DNA from: Octopus sinensis
Lineage: Eukaryota
Direction of reading: 5' to 3'
Length of the DNA stretch: 64,000 bases
Assembly: GCF_006345805.1 (NCBI RefSeq)
Contig: NC_043000.1
Span: 93,620,001 to 93,684,000 of the forward strand
Of the stretch, positions 25,684 to 37,997 are shown one piece after another. The notes beneath the pieces were generated by a model. It saw only the letters and a program-made list of their open reading frames with translations, did not search any database and was not told where the DNA came from. A program made the translations under genes and the position numbers. Position 1 is the first letter of the stretch. Each line of letters begins with the position of its first letter.

Positions 25684-26709
25684 ATAATAATAATAATACT
25701 GTTGTTGTTGTACAAATGTATGGAGTTTACTGGAGATCAAGTTAAAGCCAAGAAGAGATTCTGTTATTTAAAGATCAAGCTGGTACGGAAAGAGAAGGAG
25801 TGTATTTGATCTGTTTCATGGTTAAACCTCTGACTGATTATATGGTTTAAGAAAGAGGTTAACTCACCCTTTGTTGTAATTACCTGTGTATGTGTGTGTG
25901 TGAGAGAGTCTCTGTGTGTATGTGTCTCTGTGTATATATCTCTGTGTAATAGTCATTGTGTGTTTGACTGATTGGTGGGCATGCTGGAGAAAATGGCTTG
26001 GGACATGGAGAGAGAGAGGGAGAGAGAAAGTTGAGAGAAAGAGTCAATGGATGTCCAAAAGGCAGTTTTGGGGTTGGGATGGCAGGGGAGGACACACAAA
26101 AGTTTGTAGTAAGCAAAGCAGTGAGGTGGGGCAAGAGATGGTGTTCCTTCTGGGATGAGTGACTGTGTAAGGGAGTAGTGGGTGGGAGGAAGTACACAGG
26201 TAAGTGATTATTCTGTGTAAAATTCCAGAGTTAATAACTCAAACACAGGAAACTACTACTTTCTGTGTCTTAATTCTTACCACTACTGCTGCTACTACTA
26301 CTCTGCTGACTGCAATAGTTGTTTTTGGTGTTGCTTTTGTGAGTCAAGTGTTCAACTATTTGGACAATGATGGTGAAGGTGGGGCAGGGATTGGGATTTT
26401 TTTTATATCATTTTTTTTATTTCTCAGTTGTTTTCTTTTTTTTCTTCTCTACATCAGATAAATAAATACACCAGCAACAACAACAACAAAATACAAGAAA
26501 CAAAAGACACCAATGGACACCTTTTTTGCCATTTTTTGTTTTTTCTTTTTGTAATTTGCTTTTCACCAATTAATCAATCTTGGTTTCATGATTTACTTTG
26601 CTAAATAACACACAAGTATACCTACATATATACATACATACATATACATATATACATACACACACATACACGCATGTACACACACAAACATGAATATACA
26701 CACATACAC

Positions 26710-26749
<40 letters not shown>

Positions 26750-26947
26750 TCATGATGCATGGTCATTTCATCTCAGACACATGCAAATCAGTCGTGACCT
26801 GACCCAGAGCTGATCATACTCTCTGACCGAGCTTTTGGGCTACAAGTCTACCCTCAACTCTGACTGCTTATTGATTATCCAGTAGGCATGGTGTAAAATT
26901 TCTACCTTGCACTGCCAAAAGTTTTCTTACATGGTTAAACCTCAATA

Positions 26948-26987
<40 letters not shown>

Positions 26988-27059
26988 TGTATATGTATCT
27001 GTATGTATATATATTATATATATACACACACACACACATGTACATGTATATATGCTTTC

Positions 27060-27470
27060 ATTCTTTTATTCGTTTCAATCAATTGACTGCGGCCATGCTA
27101 GAGCAACGCCTTTTAGTCAAACAAATCGACCCCAGGACTTATTCTTTGCAAGTCAAGTACTTATTCTATCAGTCTCTTTTGCCGAACTGCTAGCTTATAG
27201 AGACATAAACAAACTAGCACCAGTTGTCAAGCAATGGTGAGAGAACACACGAATGCATACATGTATACAGATACATACACACACACACACACATACATAT
27301 ATATATATAAATATAACTGACGGGCTTCTTTCAGAATACTTCTACCAAATCCACTTGCAATAATTTGGTCAGCCCAATGTTATAGTGGAAGACACTTGCC
27401 CAAGGTGCCACGCTCTGGGACTGAACCCAGAACCATGTGATTAGGAAGCAAGCTTCTTATCATACACCCA
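27060..27470 (-). mobile_element. SINE family B
   Basis: Reverse-complement match to family B from tail to head. Confidence 0.8.
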
Positions 27471-27789
27471 CATATATTTTAAAGAACATAGAAAATGTAA
27501 CTGGCACTATATGTTTTATATAATCTACACGTTTCAAAAAGCTGCCTGCTGTTAATTATTTAAACCTTTCCAGCCATATGAAATCCAGTTCAGTTTCATT
27601 GCACAGCACCTTAGGCAAGTGTCTTCTGCTATAGCCTTGGATCAACCAAGGTTGGCAAAAGTGAATTTTGTAGAAGTTTCGCCTTGTGTATCATGTATGT
27701 GAAAGTGCTTGAGCCTCCTATGATAGAAAAGGGGGCATATATACATATGTGTATGTATGAATAAATTTATCTCAACATATTTGTATATG

Positions 27790-27826
<37 letters not shown>

Positions 27827-28656
27827 GTGTGTATCTTTTGATGTCACCACATAATGGTCCCAAACAAGCATCACCTTCATGTAAGTGGTGTTGTTCATTT
27901 CTGACCTTCTGTGGAAAAAGTGTTTGGCCTTGGAAAATATTACCTTGCTTGGAAACAGGTGAAGGTTGGTGACAAGAAGGGCACCCAGCTGAAGAAAACT
28001 TGCCTCAACAAACCACATCTGACCCGTGCATTAAAATGGTGATGATGATGATGACGATGACGCTGATGATGGCAGTAGTGTTGGTGGCATATATTTCAAA
28101 ACCCCTAGAAAATTTTTGAAGGAGCTGACCTACAGTTTTTAAGATTTTCACAGAGAAACTTTTAAACAGATATGAATAGATCTTGTTTTCCTTAGTTTTG
28201 TTCTTCAAAAATAAAAAAAAAAAAGGAAAAGAAAAGAAAAAAACCTGTTCAAAGAGAGAACAAGATGTGTTCACATCTGTTTAAAGATTTACTGCAAAAG
28301 TTTTAAAAAACTGTAGATTGAACTAGTTTGAATTTTTCTTAGGTTGTCTATTTATCTAACCATCCAAACATCCATCAATCCATGTTCATGTATCTACCTC
28401 TGTTTTATGTTTCTTGAATATAAATATATAAACATCACTGAAACAGAATGACACCTGGAAAATAAATCATAGTTTAGGCATTAAAATAAACATATCTATT
28501 TTCTATATCATTTTCATTGGATGTCGATTAATGTTACTTGCAGAAACGTTTTATATAGTATTTATTATATATACATACCTTGCCTTCATCAACAGATGAT
28601 TGAGCGAGCGACCAATATGAGAGTGTTGGTAGTTTTTATAAACATCGGTATTAACA

Positions 28657-29044
28657 TACTCTTTTACTCTTTTACTTGTTTCAGTCATTTGACTGTTGCC
28701 ATGCTGGAGCACCGCTTTTAGTTGAGCAAATCGACCCCAGGACTTATTCTTTGTAAGCCTAGTACTTTCGGTGTCTTTTGCCGAACCGCTAAGTGACGGG
28801 GACATAAACACACCAGCATCGGTTGTCAAGCGATGTTGGAGGGACAAACACAGACATACATATATACACATATATATACATATATATGACGGGCTTCTTT
28901 CAGTTTCTGTCTACCAAATCCACTCACAAGGCTTTGGTTGGCCTGAGGCTATAGTAGAAGACACTTGTCCAAGGTGCCATGCAGTGGGACTGAACCCAGA
29001 ACCATGTGGTTGGTAAGCAAGCTACTTACCACACAGCCACTCCT
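28657..29044 (-). mobile_element. SINE family B, full length
   Basis: tactcttttactcttttacttgtttc ... cttaccacacagccactcct. Confidence 0.88.
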
Positions 29045-29179
29045 AAAAAAATTTTTTTAAATTGAGGAAATGCTGTCATAGACCAAGACCAGCTGAATAT
29101 TTGTGGCAGCTCAAATATCCTTTCTTTATTCTTTTATTCCTTTCAGCTAGAGGCTGTGGCCATGCTGGAGCACCTGTAT

Positions 29180-29216
<37 letters not shown>

Positions 29217-29343
29217 TCAACTGTGCTCAATCTTCCTAATCAGGCACTAATTAAATTTTAAAACAAGTGGGAGATAGATATAATATTATATTGATATAAC
29301 AAGAACAATTCTTTCGAGCAAGAATTTAACAAAAGAGGATTAA

Positions 29344-29562
29344 CCCTTTTGTTATCAACCTGGCTGAAACCAGCTCTGGTTCTGGGTACAAATGTCTTGT
29401 TTTCATAAGTATTGAATTAAAATCTTCACCAAACCGTACTCACAATTTATCTTCTTAACACTATCTGAATGATAACTAAGTTAGTTTACTAAATTCTTTG
29501 TTATATTTGAAGTAATTGAAAGAAACACAAAGCATCTTGAAATAAATACGGTAATGAAAGGG
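29344..29562. mobile_element. TTAA-flanked MITE (piggyBac-type termini)
   Basis: TTAA-CCCTTTTGTTATC ... GGTAATGAAAGGG-TTAA; a reverse copy lies at 55057-55278. Confidence 0.8.
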
Positions 29563-30925
29563 TTAATAAGCATTGCTTGTATGACAGTGACACTTGTCTA
29601 AAGCTGTTACATCATTTCTTGACTGAGGTACCCACATGCATAATCATTGTATTTACACAACAAGCTTCCTTCAGTTTCCGTTTACCAAACCCATTCACAA
29701 AACTTTGATCAGCTCAGTGCTGTAGTAGTGGACTCATGGTCATGATGTCACACAGTGGGACTGAACCAAAAAATTCACGGTTGGGAAGCAAGCTTCTTAA
29801 CTACTCTGTTATACTTGCACCTGAGCCACTATGAACCATTTTCTGTGAAATATCTGTTCCATTTTCACTAATATTTTTTTATACATTTTCACACCTCTGT
29901 CTTTAATATCTCATTCCTCCTGCCACTTCATCACTCTTTAGGCATATTAGCTCTCTCTGTATATATGTATATATATATGTATATATATACGACAGGCTTC
30001 TTTTAGTTTCCGTCTACCAAATCCACTCAAAAGGCTTTGGTTGGCCTGAGGCTATAGTAGAAGACACTTGCCTTAGGTGCCATGCATTGGGACTGAACCC
30101 GGATCCATGTGGTTGGTTAGCAAACTACTTACCACACAGCCAAACCTGCACCTATGTGTGTGTATATATATATATATACACACACACACACATTTGTCTC
30201 TCTAGATATTGATCTATCTAACTATGTATGTATGTATCTATTTATTTAGCCCTTTTTCTTTCAACATTTTCCTTGCATCTACCTGTATCTCAACTCTTCT
30301 CTTCTCCACCCTTTCATCCTGGGAGGTCATGGCAACCAGACTAATTCACCAGACCAATCCAACAAAAATATTTTTGAAGATCCTCTCTTTTAAATATCTG
30401 TTCACCTCCTGCCTCTCTTTCCTTTCCCACCCAATCCACCCTATCCTTATTATATCTCACCCTGTGCCTCATTCCTTCCTTCCTTCATTCATCTCAGTCT
30501 GTCTGTCTGCTTGTCTGTCTGTCTGTCTGCTTGTCTGTCTGTCTCTCTCTCTCTCTCACGCTATCTCTTTCTCTCTCTCCCTCTCCCTCTCTCTTTCTAT
30601 CTTAACATTTCATTCATCATCTCACCCCATTTGTAGCATCTCTTCCTTCTTCTCTGCTTGGATTTTTGCCTTTATTTATAAACTGTAGTTCAATCCAGTC
30701 TGGGTGGAACCTCTGTGTGTGTATGTGTGTATTGTGTTGTGTTTTGTGTGTGTATGTGTGCGTCTGTGTCTGTATGTATGTGGAGAGCAGGATCTGAAAG
30801 CAGGAGGAGCAGGGACTTGTTCTGAATGACCCACCGTGACATGCAACTCTTACCATTTCGACCTTTGCCCTTTGATTACTCACAGCATACCTTTCTACAA
30901 AGAGATGGTAGGGCAAGTGAATGTC

Positions 30926-30956
<31 letters not shown>

Positions 30957-31802
30957 TGTGTGTGTGTAGTGTACACATGTGTCTTTGTGCGTGTGCATGT
31001 GTGTACATGTGCATTTGTATATATGTATGTATGTGTCGTATAAGTGTCTGCGTGTGCAAAACAAAACAAAAAAAATGGTAAAAAGTAAATAACCAAAAAA
31101 AAGCAATCCTGTGAACAACCTCACCCCCACCTCTTCGCCCTCACCCCTCTCACTTGATGAAAGAAAAATCAACCCTAAAAGATAAACAAAGCAAGAAGTA
31201 AACAGAAGAAACAAGACAAACATAAGACAAATACTAAACTATTGCTCTTACAACAAACATGCACTACAATTACAGGGCTATTATCACCCTCCGCTGCTCC
31301 CTAACACCATCACCATCACCGCCACCACTACCATCACCAACGCCACCACAACCTCCACCACCACCACCACACCACAGTCTCCGCTGCCATTGCCAGTCAC
31401 TGCAAAGGTTTCCACACAAAGCAATCACTTTACCTGAATTTGTGAACTTCCTGTGTACACAGATGCATACATCCATATGAACACACACACATACGCACAC
31501 ACATACGCATGCATATATACATGCAAATATACACGCAGATGCACACGTAGACATATATATATATACATATATTCCCACAGACATATCTATATACACACAA
31601 CACACACATATATATATACGTACAGAGTCACAAATGCATGCAAATACACACATACACACACTCACCTATACATGTTTGCATGCATATATATATATATATG
31701 CATATTTATATCTACAAATACACCCACAGAAATGCAGGCAAATACACACACACTCACACTCATACACAGACTCACACACACACATATATACATACATACA
31801 TG

Positions 31803-31833
<31 letters not shown>

Positions 31834-32334
31834 GTACCTATACATTCCTTCAGACAGACATTTCGCATTTTATTTTTTGTTGTTTGTTTCCATTTTTTTT
31901 TTCACTTTCTTTGCTTTAAAACACTTTTGTTTTTCACTGATGAATTTGTTACAGTGCATATCTGCATATATGTGTGTATGTATGTGTGTGTGTGTGTATG
32001 TATGTGTGTGTGCATGTGTTATGAGATGTGCATAAAAAATACAGAGGGCTTATTTGTATATATATCAATGTATTATGCATGTACATCAGTCTTTATACAC
32101 ACATGTAGATACAAACATTGTGAACAATAATCAGAATTACAATTCTTGCCTCGAACAGAAAATTTCATCACTCACTATTTGTCTTATTGCCATAAACATA
32201 AACATGATTATACTCTGTGCCTACCTGTCTGTCTGTCTATCTAGTTATGCCTTTATCTGTATGGACTGCTAGATAAATAGATATTTTATCTTCTACTTGT
32301 TTCAGTCATTATACTGCAGCCATGTTGGGGCACT

Positions 32335-32605
32335 GCCCGCCTGGCCTCCGTGCCGGTGGCACGTAAATAGCACCATCCGACCGTAGCTGTTTGCCAGACT
32401 TGTCTGGCACCTGTGCAGGTGGCACGTAAAAAGCACACACTACACTCATGGAGTGGTTGGTGTTAGGAAGGGCATCCAGCCGTAGAAACATTGCCAAATC
32501 AGACTGGGCCTGGTGCAGCCTTCTGGCTTCCCAGACCCCAGTTGCACCGTCCAACCCATGCCAGCATGGAAAGCAGACGCTAAACGATGATGATGATGAT
32601 GATGA
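32335..32605 (+). mobile_element. Family D repeat
   Basis: Nearly identical to 23090-23330. Confidence 0.8.
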
Positions 32606-32869
32606 TGAATTGACCCCAGTACTTTTTTGTGTTTCTTTATTAGGCTTAGCCACTTAGATACAGGGATGCAAACATGCCAACACTGGTTGTACTGGTAGGG
32701 GATAAACATAGACTCAAATACATGCACACACACACACATACGAGCAAAACGGACCCCCCCAGTCCAATGGACAGTACTGAGTATGTCTGTGTGTGTGCGT
32801 GTGTACGTGTGTGTAATTAAGTGGTGAATCCCTTTCTCATGTCATATAGAGTCATACAGACTCAGTTTC

Positions 32870-33022
32870 CTGGTTTCCATGGTGTATATATTCCCCACCT
32901 GTATGGGACGCCAGTCCATCACAGGATCAGTCAGTTTTGCCAGCTGAGTGGACTGAAGCAATGTGAAATAAAGTGTTTAGCACAAGAACACACGTTGCCC
33001 AGTCCAGGGATCGAAACCGCAA
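32870..33022 (-). mobile_element. Partial SINE, family A variant
   Basis: gggatcgaaaccgcaatc (reverse B box) and tttcctggtttc...gggacgccagtccatcacag, matching 13200-13270 in reverse. Confidence 0.6.
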
Positions 33023-33056
33023 TCTACTATTTCCCTCTATTTAACTCTCTCATATC

Positions 33057-33104
33057 GTCTCTGATGAAGGGATATCCCTGATATACCAGAAACAGCTGTG
33101 AGAC
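33057..33104 (+). ncRNA. Type I hammerhead-like motif with a palindromic stem III loop (degenerate)
   Basis: GTCT-CTGATGA-agGGATATC cct GATATaCCa-GAAA-CAGCTG-TG-AGAC. Stem I GTCT/AGAC is in exact register; the cleavage triplet is GUG (non-canonical). Confidence 0.55.
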
Positions 33105-33174
33105 TACCTATCTCTTTAGAAATGTCCTAGAAATTCCATACAGAATTGGCTTTGTTGCCTCATTTTATTTAACA

Positions 33175-33500
33175 TTGTGATACCAGTGCCGGTGGCACAT
33201 AAGATAACCATCCGAACGTGGCCGTTGCCAGCACCGCCCCGACGGGCCTCCGTGCCGGTGGCACGTAAAAAGCACCATCCAATCATGGCCGTTTGCCAGC
33301 CTCGTCTGGCACCTGTGCAGGTGGTACGTAAAAAGCACCCACTACACTCGCGGAGTGGTTGGCGTTAGGAAGGGCATCCTGCTGTAGAAACACTGCCAGA
33401 TTAGACTGGGCCTGGCGCAGCCTACTGGCTTCCCAGACCCCAGTTGAACCGTCCAACCCATGCTAGCATGGAAAACGGACGTTAAACGATGATGATGATG
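33175..33500 (+). mobile_element. Family D repeat
   Basis: Three ggtggcacgtaaaaagcacc units, core and tail. Confidence 0.8.
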
Positions 33501-33542
<42 letters not shown>

Positions 33543-34051
33543 TGCATATATATAATATATATATATATATAGATATATGGATATATATCAGTATATGTGC
33601 TTATATATCTATGCATGAATAAAAATGTGGTAATTACATTGACATGGGTCTCTTCAATGTTTTTTTCTTCTTTTTCTTGTTTTGCTCTTGCAGATCAGCT
33701 CAACTCAACCTCACCACAACCACACCTCCGCCACCATCATTTCACCTCCACCCCCACCCCCCAACCTCCCGAAGCTAAGCTATGGCTTCAATGATAACTC
33801 GGTTGTTGTTCACCAGACCTGTTCTGCTTGTCCCTATTCTTCACATCATCTACATCTCTCTATCGATCATTTTGTTGGAGTTTGGTGTTTTTTTTTCTTC
33901 TTTTATTTATTTATTTATTTAGGGTGTTTTATTTTGTTTTTGTTTTTTTTTTTTTTTGTTTTCATCATCCTATGGTTGCCGCTATCTTCATTACGAAACA
34001 TTGAGTAATTACCGGCTAACCTCTCCTTTTCATCCTCTTGTCCTCTACTCA

Positions 34052-34096
<45 letters not shown>

Positions 34097-34200
34097 CCTC
34101 CCTCCCTCTCTCTCTCTCCCTCCCTCTCTCTCTTTTGTCCTCACTTTCATTTTCTCTTCTAAAGAAGATCTTGTTAAGCTTTTGTTTTCATTTCATACTG

Positions 34201-34239
<39 letters not shown>

Positions 34240-34295
34240 GCAAAGTATTATTACATAGCTCTTGTTCTTGTTATTGTTTCTATCATTACCATTAC

Positions 34296-34347
<52 letters not shown>

Positions 34348-34482
34348 GCTGTTGTTGTTGTTGGTCTTGTTTATTGTTAGCTCCTAGTTGCAGTGTTCCC
34401 TGTAGGCTAAATGAAGCAGACAATCACAGCCAGACTTTGCTATTTAGCCATCAATTCACATCTGTCTATTAGCCTCTCTCCT

Positions 34483-34513
<31 letters not shown>

Positions 34514-34538
34514 CCACCCTCCTTCCCTCTGTTTCTCA

Positions 34539-34580
<42 letters not shown>

Positions 34581-35202
34581 CCTACCTGTACATCTCAGTC
34601 TACTTTTGTTATCTGTTTCTCCTCTCCTTTGTTTCTTTTGTTATTCATGTTTTATTTGTTTGTTTGTTTGTTTGGTTTGTTTGTTTGTTTTTACTCTAGT
34701 TCTATCCTTGTTTCTGTCTTTCTTTTTTTACTCACCTCTCCACACATCCACCTTACCACCAACTCACCCACCTCCATTTCTATCCTTTTGGTCTCTCCTT
34801 TATGTTCTTCTATCTCTCTGTCTTCCACTGTCTCCCTTTGCCATGTTGTCTATCTCACTCAGTCCATCTATTTATCAGTCTCTCCTTTTCTCCCTTTTTC
34901 TCCTTCTTTCTTTCTCTTTACCTACATCTTTTTACTCTCTCTTCCTCTCTCCTCCTCCTTAAAATTCCTCTTTACTCTTATTTCTTTGGTTGTATTTGCC
35001 AAATATAGGTTCGGGCATGGCTGAGTGGTTAAGAAGCTTGCTTTGCACCCAGTGTGGTTTCAGGTTCAATCCTACTGCATGGCATCTTGGACAAGTGTCA
35101 TGAACTATAGACCTGGATCAACCAATGCCTTGTGAGTGAATCTGGTAAATGGAAACTGTGTGGAATCCCATCGTATATATATACACACACACACGCATTG
35201 TA

Positions 35203-36010
35203 CAGAGTGCGATGGGAAAATTGCTACCATTTTGTATTTTTAATTTCATGCTTGTGCGTTGTTCTTTTGGATTTTGTTGACTGCAGAGTATAGTAGGGTC
35301 AGTTAGGCACCGTATGTGAGAAAAACAGCACCATAACACAATTCACCCTGTCAGATATTGAGAAATGATATGCTTTACTGCTTGTCATTTGTTCTCTAAG
35401 TACCAGTACAAACAGATGGGGAACACACAGAATAACCGTTGGCTTGCCATGTCCCCAAAATATGTACCAAGAGTGATAAAAATCAAACATCCAGTCAACA
35501 TCATAGTGTTTGGAGTGATCACTAGTGATGGCAATGTTATGCCTCCATTCATCTTCCCACATGGCCTCACACTTAACATGAAGGCCTACATCAAGTGCCT
35601 GGAGGAGGTAGTGCTGCCCTGGGTTAAGAGAGTGGCTACTGGAAGACCCTATATCTGACAACAGGACTCTGCACCATGCCATACAAGCAGGAGAACCAGA
35701 CAATTTCTGCGACCACACCACCCCTAACATCTGGCCACCTAACTCCTCAGACAGCAACCCCTTTGATTATTATGTGTGGGGTGCAGTTGAGCGAGAGACC
35801 AACAAAACGCCTTGTAACACCAAAGACGAACTAAAAGCATTCACCAACTTAAACAAGGAGACCATCCAGAAGAGTTGCAGGTGATTCCAAAGTCGTTTGG
35901 AGGCTGTGGTTGAAGACAATGGTGATTTCATTGAATGAATTTACTCTTTAGTATTTCAAGATATTTTCATTTTTGCGTAATTTAGACAACAATATATTCG
36001 CCACACCCTG
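35203..36010 (+). mobile_element. Internally deleted, decayed Tc1/mariner-superfamily transposon (maT/DD37D-like)
   Basis: TA flanks (35201-02, 36011-12) and degenerate TIRs CAGAGTGCG / CAGGGTGTG. Transposase remnants: QNNRWLA..KHPVNIIVFGVITSDGNVMPPFIFP..LPWVKRVATGRPYI*QQDSAPCHTSRRT, then (frameshift) WPPNSSDSNPFDYYVWGAVERETNKTPCNTKDELKA. The D...D catalytic motif resembles maT; the 37-residue spacing is inferred because this copy has a small deletion. Confidence 0.88.
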
Positions 36011-36904
36011 TATATAAGTTTCTGATATTCTGTAGATATATGTCTTACCATGAAGAAAATATGACCTTGGAAACTAATGAAGATTGGCAATAAGAAGGAC
36101 ATTTGGCCATAAAAAATCTTCCTCAGCAAATTCTGTTTGACCCCTGTAAACCCAAAAAAGTGGATGTTAAAATAGTGATGATGATGATGATGATCCAAAC
36201 TTCTTTATCTGTTACATGCTTGTGTGGTGTCCCATAAAAGTACTCAGCGCAATCTGTTAAGTAGCTGACATTAGGAAAGGCATCCGGCTGTAGAGAGTCT
36301 GGTACAGCTCCCTAGTTTACTAGCTCTGGTCAAACCATCCAACATATGCCAGTATGGAAATGGATGTTAATGATGATGATGATCTTACGATCATGAGTCC
36401 AACACCCTAACTACTAAGCCATGCACTTCCACAGATCAAGAAGACCATATATCAGTCAACTTGTGAAAGACACACGATATCAAGTTGGGACTATGAAGAT
36501 TTCTACAGAAGACTGGAATATTTTGGCATTGGAGAATTACACTGGTCTGACAAATCACCTGACCAAATGAATAAATGATAATACGATTTTTTTTGGCACC
36601 ATAAGGTGTGACTGATGGAAATTTGGTTGTTATTTCTAGTAGGTTAGCATCCACATACAAACTCCACATTGGCCTGCATCCCATATAGTACTTGCGTTGT
36701 GCACTTTAATCAAAGCACGTTATGTCTGTCTATCATCTATCATCTCTCTATTTTGGTATTTTGGGCCAAATGGTATTTCTTTGTCAGTTCTTGCTTGTCC
36801 TCCCCCCTGTTCTCTCTGTCTTGGCTTCTCTGTCTGTTGGTCACTGTTTGTCTATCATACTCGTTCATTCTGTCAGTCTGTATGCCAATCTTCAGCACTC
36901 TCTG

Positions 36905-36936
<32 letters not shown>

Positions 36937-37370
36937 CCTCTCACTCACACACAAGTCAATGCTATCTTTCTATCTGTCTGTCTTACTTGTTGACTGTTTA
37001 CTTGTTTATCTATCTGACCTGTATAACAATCTCTTAGTCTCTTTGCTTTCTCTCCTCCTCCCCCTCCTCTCCTCTCTGTAGTTGAACACTCAGACACACA
37101 TGCATACTCACATACACAAACATATATCTACCTCTCTATTGGCACATATCTGACTGTCTATCTACCTGTCTGTCTGTTTGTTTATCCATCTGTCACACAC
37201 ATTCTCTGTATGTGTGTGCATGTGTGTTTCTGCCATTCTTTATATTTTTATAGCGACTACTTTGCATTCTTCAACTTTCACAGTTGAAATACGATGGGCT
37301 TCTTTCAGTTTCTGTCTACCAAATCCCACTACACATTCTTTATTTTCTTTCCTTGTTTCTTTCTGTGTTC

Positions 37371-37406
37371 CTTTCTGTGGAAGAGCGTAGGCTCGAAATG
37401 TAAAAG
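37371..37406 (+). ncRNA. Minimal hammerhead-like motif (core variant)
   Basis: CTTT-CTGTGGA-A-GAGC-gtag-GCTC-GAAA-TG-TA-AAAG. Stems I and II are in exact register; A6 is changed to T and CG to TG. Confidence 0.5.
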
Positions 37407-37559
37407 ACTTTCTCACTTCCCAAGCATTAAACTAATACATCTGTTTGTTATCTACACCACCTGTCTTCGTCTTTGTTTTTTTTTTGTGAATATGTATATA
37501 TATATTTCGTTTTTGGATTTGGTTTGCACGATTCTTTATGTGAGTTCGTGTGTTGAAGC

Positions 37560-37677
37560 ATATTCTGTTGTGTCTGGGGAGAGTAACTTTCTTTTTGTGC
37601 CTTATAATTTACTGGTGAGTATGTTAAATTATAAGGCACAAAAAGAAAATGATCCCCCCCCAGACACAACAGAATAT
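37560..37677. repeat. 118-bp hairpin (inverted repeat)
   Basis: tattctgttgtgtctgggg/ccccagacacaacagaata and tttctttttgtgccttataattta/taaattataaggcacaaaaagaaa. Confidence 0.9.
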
Positions 37678-37689
37678 ATGTATATATAT

Positions 37690-37997
37690 AAGGCGCAGGA
37701 ATGGCTGTGTAGTAGAAGCTTGCTTCCCACTGCATGGCACCATGGGTGAGTGGATTTGGTAGAAGGAAACTGAAAGAAGCCTGTCGTATTTCATGTGTCT
37801 GTTTTTTCCCCCTCACCATCGCTTGACAACCAATGTTGGTATGTTTACGTCCCCGTAACTTAGTAGTTCGCCAAAAAAGACTGATAGAAAAGGTACTAGG
37901 CTTACAAAGAATACGTCCTGGAGTTGATTTGTTTGACTAAAGGTGGTGCTCCAGCATGGCTGCCGTCAAATGACTGAAACAAGTAAAAGAATAAGAG
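37690..37997 (+). mobile_element. SINE family B with an internal deletion
   Basis: aggcgcaggaatggctgtgtagtagaagc head joined directly to gtgagtggatttggtag; family tail present. Confidence 0.8.

Noticed and set aside
35365-35658. Functional transposase gene
   Set aside because: The N-terminal region is deleted, the first catalytic Asp motif is unrecognisable, and there are in-frame stops and a frameshift.
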